DNA from: an uncultured bacterium
GTDB taxonomy: Bacteria; Chloroflexota; UBA5177; JANWHV01
Reading direction: 5' to 3'
NCBI GenBank assembly: GCA_963729625.1
Contig: CAVSOU010000008.1
Span: 288,001 to 352,000 of the forward strand
Length of the DNA: 64,000 nt
Shown here one piece after another: positions 19,242 to 26,592 of the stretch (its first letter is position 1; every line of letters begins with the position of its first letter). Made by a program: the position numbers and the translations under genes. A model generated the notes under the pieces. The model made no database searches, was not told the origin of the DNA, and worked only from the letters and a program-made list of their open reading frames with translations.

Positions 19242-19778
19242 TCACTGGATGACCGCCGTCGCCGTGTCCACAACATTCTTCACCCTGTTCCAGCCTGCGA
19301 AAGCCGGTTTGGCGACGTAGCTGCCATCGGCATTTTGCTTGGAATAGGTAATATCCAAGCCGCCATACTCAAAGGTAATCACCTCTCCGGGGCCTTCATC
19401 GCTCTGGGTCCAACTGATTGTGCGCACGGCGACCAGCTTGAACGTGAAGATCAGATAGTCCTGCCCGGCGCTCGTCAGGCTGGAGGCGCCGGAAGCTTTG
19501 CGGAGAGCCAGATCGACGGACTTGAACGGTGTACCGGAGCAGCACATATGAAAGAAAATCGGCGAGTTGACATCCACTTTTCGCGTAATGGAGAAGGGGT
19601 TGAACGTGACCTTCCCCGCGCCCGCACCCGCACTGGCCGAGCCGATATTGAGGATCTGCTCGATGTCAAAGCTGTAGTCGGCTACCTCGGACCATCCTGG
19701 GTGTACGGTGTTCTGCGACTCAGACGTGAGGGTGGTGTCATCATAACGAGTGAAGTTGATATACGCATCGACCGCCAT
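19242..19778 (-). CDS. hcp: Hcp-family (T6SS tube) protein
   Basis: MAVDAYI...SES...HPGW...GAGAGKVTFNPFSITRKVDVNSPIFF..C.SG..F..V.L..RK...EVITFEYG...Y..Q..DG...GWNRVKN; AAGGAG RBS. Confidence 0.95.
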   Translation of the reverse strand: MAVDAYINFTRYDDTTLTSESQNTVHPGWSEVADYSFDIEQILNIGSASAGAGAGKVTFNPFSITRKVDVNSPIFFHMCCSGTPFKSVDLALRKASGASSLTSAGQDYLIFTFKLVAVRTISWTQSDEGPGEVITFEYGGLDITYSKQNADGSYVAKPAFAGWNRVKNVVDTATAVIQ

Positions 19779-20146
19779 GGGTAGCTCCTTCTCCTGCTAC
19801 AGCACGCAACACGATGTTCGGACTTCCAGCATCCTGCACTAGTAATTTGCCTGAAGTTGTTCCACGTCATGCCACTCCAACGAGGGCAGCCACTCGTCGG
19901 ACCGTTGCGCTGCGCTGTCCACCGCCGCTGCTGGAGTGTCCCGCTCATCGAGACGACCGGGCCAGTACTTCGGTGTCGACGTCTGCATCAGAGGATTCAT
20001 TCCACCTTGATCGCCGCAATTCACACGAACCGCCAAAAGGTCCTGCCGCCTGCATCTGGTGAGCGGGCTCATCTTGTGCTACACTGGCGCCGTCTTGGGA
20101 AACAGTTCGCCAGGCACACCGGTCAGAACGGTCGGGGACACAAGCA

Positions 20147-23100
20147 ATGGTCTCGACGTTGCCGCCGCCGGGGGCTCATATCACGTATAGCCGCCAGTTT
20201 CGCCGGTGCGGCAAGTCGGCGTGCGCTACCTGCCGCGAAGGCGCCGGCCATGGGCCGTACATGTACGCCATCTGGCGAGAGGGTGGCAAAGTGCGCCGCC
20301 GCTACCTTGGCGCCGTTGCACCGGCGGAGACCGCGCCCGTGCCCGCGGCCACCCAAACCGTGCCGCTCCGCGTCCGCACGCTCGGCGGTTTTACCGTGTG
20401 GTTGGCAGGGCGGTTGCTCCCGCCAGAGCCCTGGAAGCGAAGGAAGGCAGGCAGCCTTTTCAAAGCGCTGATCGGCGCCTCCGGTTATACCCTGGCGCGC
20501 GAGCAGCTGCTCGAGCTCCTCTGGCCCGAGGCAGATCCTGCCTCCGCCAACCGCAACCTCTATAGCGCGCTGCATGCTGTGCGCGGCATCCTGGGCGACG
20601 CCGGGCGCTTGCTGTCGCTGGAGGACGACGTGCTGCGTCTATCGACTCCTGCCGGCACGGACTGGCTCGACGCATACGCATTCGAGAGCCGAGCCCGCGT
20701 CGCGCTTGCCGAGCGGGACGCGGAGCAGTGCCGGCAGGCTCTTGCTCTGTACCTTGGCGACTACCTGCCCGACGACCCTTACGCGGAGTGGGTGCTCGCT
20801 CGCCGCGACAGCCTGCGAGACCTGTATCTCGCCCTGCTCGTGCATCTCGCCGATATGTGCGGCTCCCAGGGAGAGTTCGCCGAAGCCGAGCAATGTCTGG
20901 GGAAGGTCCTTGCTCAGGACTCCTGCAATGAAGAAGCGACGGCGCGCCTGATGGGGTTGCTTGCAGCGGCAGGCCGGCGTACCGACGCGCTCCGAGTGTA
21001 TGAGGAGCTGACGGCCAGTCTCGCTCGCGATCTCGGCGTTTCGCCTTCGCGCGATCTCGTCGCACTGCGTGCCCGCCTTCTCGCTCAGGAAGCCGTGCCC
21101 GTGCCGTCCGCGCGTCCACCACGGGACACGACGCCCCCACGTCTCACAAACTTGCCCGTCACGCTCACCAGCTTCGTCGGTCGCGGGCGCGAGCAAAGGG
21201 CGATCCGGAAGATGCTGGCTGAAACCAGGCTCCTCACTCTCACCGGCGCGGGCGGCTGCGGCAAGACCCGCCTGGCCCTGCGAACGGCCGATCAGCTGGT
21301 TGATGCGTATGCCGACGGCGTGTGGCTTGTTGAGCTGGCAGCGCTGACTGCGGAGAACGGCGATCGTAACCAGGTGGCACGCGCCATTGCCGCAACGCTC
21401 GGCGTAAAGGAAGAGTCCTCGCGTTCGCTCGCCGCGACGCTCACCGCGTTCCTGGCTCCACGCAGTCTGCTCCTGATCCTCGACAATTGCGAGCATCTCC
21501 TCTCGTTCTGCGCCACATTGGCTGCCACACTCCTGGCCAGCAGCCCGCGTCTGAAGATCCTGGCAACCAGCCGCGAACGCCTCGTCGTACCAGGCGAGGC
21601 GCTCTTTCACGTCGAATCGCTCAGCATTCCGCCACGCGATGCTCCGGACCACACGATCGCCGGCTATGAAGCGGTCGCGCTCTTCCTTGTGCGCGCCCGC
21701 GCCGCATCGGCAGAAGACCTCTCCAACGCCGCATCCCGTCGTACAGTGGCGCACATCTGCCGCACGCTGGACGGTATTCCCCTGGCGATCGAGCTTGCTG
21801 CCGCGCGGGCCAACGTCTACCCAGTGCAGGCCCTCGCCACTCGACTTGACGACTGCTTCCGCCTGTTGACCGGAGGCCCACGCACGGCCTTGCCGCGGCA
21901 GCGAACTCTCCGCGCCACGCTGGACTGGAGCTACATGCTGCTCACTGAGCCGGAGCGGATACTTCTGCGTCGCCTGTCGGTCTTCGCCGGTGGCTGGACG
22001 CTCGATGCAGCCGAGGCAGTTTGCGCTATGACCCCGAAGCAGCGAGGCGGCGCGCCCGGCGTGGCGCCGGATGCCGTGCTCGACCTCACCGGCAGCCTTG
22101 TCGGCAAGTCGCTCGTGCACATTGAGGCGCGCAGTGGCGAAGCGCACTATCGCCTCCTCGAGCCGGTACGCCAATACGCGCGCGCGCTCTGCATGGCCAC
22201 GGATGAGCTATCGATGCTGCGCGACCGGCACCTGGACTGGTACCTTGCCCTGGCCGAGCGCGCCGAGCCTCGTCTCTGGGGTGGCCCCGAACAGGCCGCC
22301 TGGCTTGCCCGGCTAGAAAGCGAGCAAGAAGACTGCCGGGCGGCCCTCCGTTGGGCCGTCGAGCAGCGAAGGCTCGACTCCGGCTTAAGGCTTGCCGGCG
22401 CTCTGCGGCGATTCTGGGATGTCCGAGGCTACGCCGGCGAAGGCGCCGAGTGGTTGGAGACGCTGCTGGAGATGGACGCCGCGACCGGCGTCGGCACGCC
22501 GGCAGCGCGTGCCAAAGCGCTGGTCGGCAGCGCGATTCTCGCGTATACCCTCAATCACTACGATCGCGCGATGACGCGAGCCGATCAGGGCCGCATACTC
22601 TGCCATGAGCTTGGCAACCTGGAGGGGGTCGCCGATAGTCTCAATGTGCTCGGCATGATCGCCAGCGATAAGGAGGATCTCGACGGCGCCAGGAAGCTCT
22701 ACGACGAGGCGCTTGCGCTTTATCGGTCGCTCGGCTCCAAGCGGCGCATCGCCGCAATACTCTGTAATCTCGGCAATATCGCCTATTTTCGCGGCGAATA
22801 CAATCGCGCGATCGAGATGTACGCAGACGCTCTGGATGTGTTCCGCGCCACGGGCGATGCGGTGGCTCTGGCAGCCACGCTTTCCAACACGGGCGCCGCG
22901 CATAGAGAGCTGGGTCACTTCGATCTGGCCACGCAGGCGCTGGAAGAGAGCTTGCGCTTCGCGCGTCGGTCCAGTGCGGCTGTTGAGACAGCACATGTTC
23001 TCAACAACCTGGGCGACGTCGCGTTTCGCGGGGGGCATTACGCTCGCTCAGCTGAACTCATGCGCCAAAGCGCCGAACAGTTTCAGCGCTGTGGCGATAG

Positions 23101-23365
23101 GCGCAACGCGATGGCCTCCCTGGTGGTTCTCTCCGAGGCCTTGATCGGCTTGCACCAGCACGAGCGCGCCGCGTGCCTCACAGGGGCAGTTGCAGCGCAG
23201 TGCGAGGCGCTCGGCATCAGCGCCACCGGCTCCGAATGGAGCGGACTGCAGCGAACGATGGACGCCGCCGCGGATGAGCTGGGCGAGCGGCAAGCGTCTG
23301 TGGCCCGCTCGAGAGGAGGGCAGCTCACGCTCGAGCAAGCTGTTCTCCTCGCACCCGAACTGTAG
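20147..23365 (+). CDS. DUF6788-like + SARP/BTAD + NB-ARC-type ATPase + TPR regulator
   Basis: RRCGKSACATCREGAGHGPY...RRYLG, VRTLGGF, LWPE, LYLGDYL, NLPVTLTSFVGR, GAGGCGKT, LLILDNCEH, LDGIPLAIELAAAR. Confidence 0.93.
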   Translation: MVSTLPPPGAHITYSRQFRRCGKSACATCREGAGHGPYMYAIWREGGKVRRRYLGAVAPAETAPVPAATQTVPLRVRTLGGFTVWLAGRLLPPEPWKRRKAGSLFKALIGASGYTLAREQLLELLWPEADPASANRNLYSALHAVRGILGDAGRLLSLEDDVLRLSTPAGTDWLDAYAFESRARVALAERDAEQCRQALALYLGDYLPDDPYAEWVLARRDSLRDLYLALLVHLADMCGSQGEFAEAEQCLGKVLAQDSCNEEATARLMGLLAAAGRRTDALRVYEELTASLARDLGVSPSRDLVALRARLLAQEAVPVPSARPPRDTTPPRLTNLPVTLTSFVGRGREQRAIRKMLAETRLLTLTGAGGCGKTRLALRTADQLVDAYADGVWLVELAALTAENGDRNQVARAIAATLGVKEESSRSLAATLTAFLAPRSLLLILDNCEHLLSFCATLAATLLASSPRLKILATSRERLVVPGEALFHVESLSIPPRDAPDHTIAGYEAVALFLVRARAASAEDLSNAASRRTVAHICRTLDGIPLAIELAAARANVYPVQALATRLDDCFRLLTGGPRTALPRQRTLRATLDWSYMLLTEPERILLRRLSVFAGGWTLDAAEAVCAMTPKQRGGAPGVAPDAVLDLTGSLVGKSLVHIEARSGEAHYRLLEPVRQYARALCMATDELSMLRDRHLDWYLALAERAEPRLWGGPEQAAWLARLESEQEDCRAALRWAVEQRRLDSGLRLAGALRRFWDVRGYAGEGAEWLETLLEMDAATGVGTPAARAKALVGSAILAYTLNHYDRAMTRADQGRILCHELGNLEGVADSLNVLGMIASDKEDLDGARKLYDEALALYRSLGSKRRIAAILCNLGNIAYFRGEYNRAIEMYADALDVFRATGDAVALAATLSNTGAAHRELGHFDLATQALEESLRFARRSSAAVETAHVLNNLGDVAFRGGHYARSAELMRQSAEQFQRCGDRRNAMASLVVLSEALIGLHQHERAACLTGAVAAQCEALGISATGSEWSGLQRTMDAAADELGERQASVARSRGGQLTLEQAVLLAPEL

Positions 23366-23427
23366 CCTGGGATCGTGTAGCTACCAGGCGCATCGCGAAC
23401 CCCCCCCCCTCGCCCCTCACCAGACTG

Positions 23428-23456
23428 TTGACAGTACGCGATCGTGCTGCTATTCC
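23428..23456 (+). promoter_or_regulatory. Sigma70-type promoter
   Basis: TTGACA, 17 nt, TGn-extended TATTCC, about 140 nt upstream of the 23598 ATG. Confidence 0.6.
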
Positions 23457-23597
23457 AGGATGGGTTCGGCAGCCATTCGTCCCAGCCGCAACAGGGGATT
23501 GTGGCATTGTGGTCCGGTAGAGTACGAATGATGGTGGCATTCCTCGCCTCAGCCGGCGCTCAACTCGAGCCGAGAACGCCCAGAAAGGACCGCCTCC

Positions 23598-25460
23598 ATG
23601 AAAAGCGGCTTGCTGCGAATTGTCCTTGTGACGATCGTCGTCCTTGTGATCGCGCTACCTGAGAGCGTGCTGCGTCCTGGTTCGGCGCCCCAGGCGCACG
23701 CTACTGCCCTCCCGAGCGGGTTGCCGGGCCACTTCGGCATCGGCGTCACGGCCGCCCCAGATAGTACCGGCCTCACCGGCTGGATGCCGAATTCAGGAAT
23801 CGCCTGGGACTATGCGTATACCTACCTCGCCGGAGGCGTCAACACGGGGAGTGGGTGGGAGACCTGGAACACCAGCGGACAGTACCCGCTGTGGTATGCA
23901 CAGAGCGCCACTTCTCACCACTACATCCCCTTCTTCCCCTACTACGATCTGCTGCAAAGCAATGGCGCCTGCGGTGGTTGCGGCGAGAGCCAACGGGACC
24001 TCTCCAATGTGAACAATGCCGGCCTGATGGCAAGTTACTTCCAGAACTTCGCGCTGCTGATGAAGCGGCTGGGATCGGGTACCTACGATGGCATTGCCGG
24101 CTTCGGCAAGACGGCAATCGTGCAGATTGAGCCCGATTTCACCGGCGGCTACGCCATGCAGGCAGTCCTCAATAACGGCCTCTGCTACGGCTACTGTACA
24201 GGCCAGGGGAACAACCCCGCATTCCTGAAAGCGTCTGTCGCCAGTTCCGGAGACGCGGATGTCGCGGCCTATCCCAACACGTTCCAGGGCTTCAACTGGG
24301 CGCTCCTGCACCTGCGCGACCTCTATGCGCCGAACGTGCTGCTGGCATTCCACGTCAGCAGCTGGGGCACGATGCACGACGTCGGCAGCGATTCGAGCAC
24401 CTCGCTCGATGCCAACGCGCTCGGGCAGGAGGCCGGCAGCTTCGCGGCACAAAGCGGCATCACCGGAGTGCCGACCGGCACCGGTACGTATGATCTGCTC
24501 ACCAACGACGTGCTCGACCGCGACGCCGGGTACTACAAGTACGTGTATGGCAACTCCTCCGTCTGGTGGGATCGCCTCAATGTCACCTTCCCCAACTTCC
24601 ACCGCTGGGAGACCTACATCGATGCCGCGCATCTGGCGGCAGGGCGCTCGTTCCTCATCTGGCAGATTCCGGAAGGCAACCAGTACTTCGACACCGAGAA
24701 CAACACCGACGGCCACTATCAGGACAATCGCGCTGAATACTTCTTCGCGCATATCGGCGAGCTGGCGCAGTCCGGCATCATTGGATTGCTGTTCGGGGCC
24801 GGTAACGGCGGCAGCACGGTCCATTGGGACGGCAAGAACGACGGCATTACCAACCCGGCGAGCTTCTGCACGAGCGACGGCATGAGCAGCGGTCAGATCT
24901 GCAACAACCACACCAGCTCGGTGTCGGATGACGACGGCGGTTATCTGCGTATGCAGGCGCAGCTATACTATGCCGGCGGCGGCTATGCGCTCGGCGGCTC
25001 AACACCGACGGACACGCCTACCGCGACAGCCACAACGGTTCCGCCGACGTCTACTACCACGCCCGTGCGACCAACTGCTACCGGCACGCGAGTTGCGCCG
25101 CCGACTGCGAGCGCCACGCCCGCCACGATCCGGGTTACCGTCACAAGCTCCTCGGCTGCTCCGCAACGAGTCGCCCGCGGCAGTACCGAGCGACTTACCG
25201 CGACCATACAGACGAATGTCCGGCTCGGCGGCTCGATTGTCGACTACGAGATCTACAGTGCTTCGGGAGCCAAAGTGTTCCAGTGGTTCGCCACGGGGAA
25301 GACCTTCGCGGCCAATACGCCACGCACGTTCAGCGCCTCGTGGCACGTCCCTTCGAGCCAGGCAACCGGTACCTATACATTCAAAATCGGGATCTTCGGC
25401 TCCGGTTGGGCGCCGATGTACCTCTGGAATAATGGGGCCGCGACATTCACCGTAGCATAA
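23598..25460 (+). CDS. Secreted putative glycoside hydrolase with Pro/Thr linker and C-terminal Ig-like domain
   Basis: Signal peptide; aromatic-rich catalytic-like domain (WDYAYTYLAGG, QIEPDF, DRDAGY, WQIPEGN); PT linker; beta-sandwich tail. Family not assigned. Confidence 0.75.
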   Translation: MKSGLLRIVLVTIVVLVIALPESVLRPGSAPQAHATALPSGLPGHFGIGVTAAPDSTGLTGWMPNSGIAWDYAYTYLAGGVNTGSGWETWNTSGQYPLWYAQSATSHHYIPFFPYYDLLQSNGACGGCGESQRDLSNVNNAGLMASYFQNFALLMKRLGSGTYDGIAGFGKTAIVQIEPDFTGGYAMQAVLNNGLCYGYCTGQGNNPAFLKASVASSGDADVAAYPNTFQGFNWALLHLRDLYAPNVLLAFHVSSWGTMHDVGSDSSTSLDANALGQEAGSFAAQSGITGVPTGTGTYDLLTNDVLDRDAGYYKYVYGNSSVWWDRLNVTFPNFHRWETYIDAAHLAAGRSFLIWQIPEGNQYFDTENNTDGHYQDNRAEYFFAHIGELAQSGIIGLLFGAGNGGSTVHWDGKNDGITNPASFCTSDGMSSGQICNNHTSSVSDDDGGYLRMQAQLYYAGGGYALGGSTPTDTPTATATTVPPTSTTTPVRPTATGTRVAPPTASATPATIRVTVTSSSAAPQRVARGSTERLTATIQTNVRLGGSIVDYEIYSASGAKVFQWFATGKTFAANTPRTFSASWHVPSSQATGTYTFKIGIFGSGWAPMYLWNNGAATFTVA

Positions 25461-25566
25461 CACAGCGACATCGCGGCCTGACCACGACTACTTCATGGTC
25501 CGCGGACCTCTACCACGCATGAAAACCGTCCGAGAACCAGCCGGCCGCGGCCGGTGTATTGCGCAG

Positions 25567-25582
25567 CCCACAAGAGTGGGTG
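25567..25582. repeat. REP-like palindromic element, copy 4
   Basis: CCCACAAGAGTGGGTG between convergent genes, preceded by palindrome CCGGCCGCGGCCGG (25541-25554). Confidence 0.65.
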
Positions 25583-25621
25583 GTCCTGCCATACTGCCGC
25601 AGCTGGACGTCCATATTCACG

Positions 25622-26251
25622 TTAGCGCGATTGGACTCCCCATCCAACGCGCCCCAGTAGCTCCCGGCCGCTCACCATGGTCATCGCCACAAGCATGATC
25701 TTGGCGAGGTCGCCCGGGACATAAGGCCAGAGCCCAAGAGCGGCCGCCCGGCCCGGACCCACGTGAAGGAACACGGCAAGCCACGTCACGCCGCCGACAA
25801 ACACCACGGCGTCCGCCAGGAGCAGCACGAAGAGCGCCAACGCCACTGGATTCGGCTTGCCAACGCGATCGACGAGCGCGCCTGCCACAAACGCGGCGGC
25901 GGGAAAGGCCCAGAGATAGCCGGCAGTGGCGCCGGCAAGCACGGCCGGACCGCTCATGCCCCCGGCAAAGACCGGCAAGCCGGCCGCGCCCTCGCCAAGG
26001 TAGCAAAGCATCGCAAGGCCTCCGCCCCGCATACCCAGCACCGCGCCGGTGAGCAGGACGGCCAGGGTCTGCCCGGTGATCGGTACCGGGCTGAACGGTA
26101 GCTGGACGCTTATCTGCGCGCAAACGGCCGTGAAAATGCTGCCTGCAAGAGCCAGCATGATAGCAGGCACGATGCCTGCACGCGGCAGCAGCCGCTTCCG
26201 GGTGAGCGCGGAGGTGAGCATCGTCGGCATGATCGCTGTCTTCTCCTTCAT
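25622..26251 (-). CDS. bioY: Biotin transporter BioY
   Basis: AQISVQLPFSPVPITGQTLAVLL, YLGEGAAGLPVFAGG, ATAGYL, PGDLAK. Confidence 0.95.
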   Translation of the reverse strand: MKEKTAIMPTMLTSALTRKRLLPRAGIVPAIMLALAGSIFTAVCAQISVQLPFSPVPITGQTLAVLLTGAVLGMRGGGLAMLCYLGEGAAGLPVFAGGMSGPAVLAGATAGYLWAFPAAAFVAGALVDRVGKPNPVALALFVLLLADAVVFVGGVTWLAVFLHVGPGRAAALGLWPYVPGDLAKIMLVAMTMVSGRELLGRVGWGVQSR

Positions 26252-26499
26252 ACGAGGGGCCCGCGGGCGCCTGAAATACTGGAGGCCGGAACTGGAAATT
26301 CATTGGCAGCATAGCCGACCTGCGGCTGGCTGACCAGGTCACCCGTGCGGGCAGACGCGCCGCTGCCGTGGCGATCCGTTAGCCTCGAATCGGGTACCAC
26401 AGTGCGGGAGGCGGTGCCCGCTGGTCTGCGGCCTCACCGCCAGGCTTCCTTCTCGCGAAGCCATCAGCCTGGAACCTGACATAGAAGGAGAATCCCGCG

Positions 26500-26592
26500 A
26501 TGGGCCAGACCATGTCCTACGATGTAGCGATCATTGGCGCCGGGCAGGCTGGGGGCCCACTTTCCACCGCCTTCGCCAGGGCCGGACGGCGC
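26500..26592 (+). pseudogene. 5' remnant of a flavoprotein disulfide reductase (MerA/Lpd-like)
   Basis: AGAAGGAG RBS, then YDVAIIGAGQAGGPLSTAFARAGRR (GxGxxG FAD motif); similarity then stops. Confidence 0.75.

Noticed and set aside
19242-19778. Type VI secretion gene cluster
   Set aside because: Only hcp is present. The Clp ATPase at 48.8 kb is ClpE-like rather than ClpV and is far away.
23400-23409. C10 tract as a phase-variation switch
   Set aside because: It lies upstream of the -35, not in a spacer or CDS, and there is no evidence of length variation.
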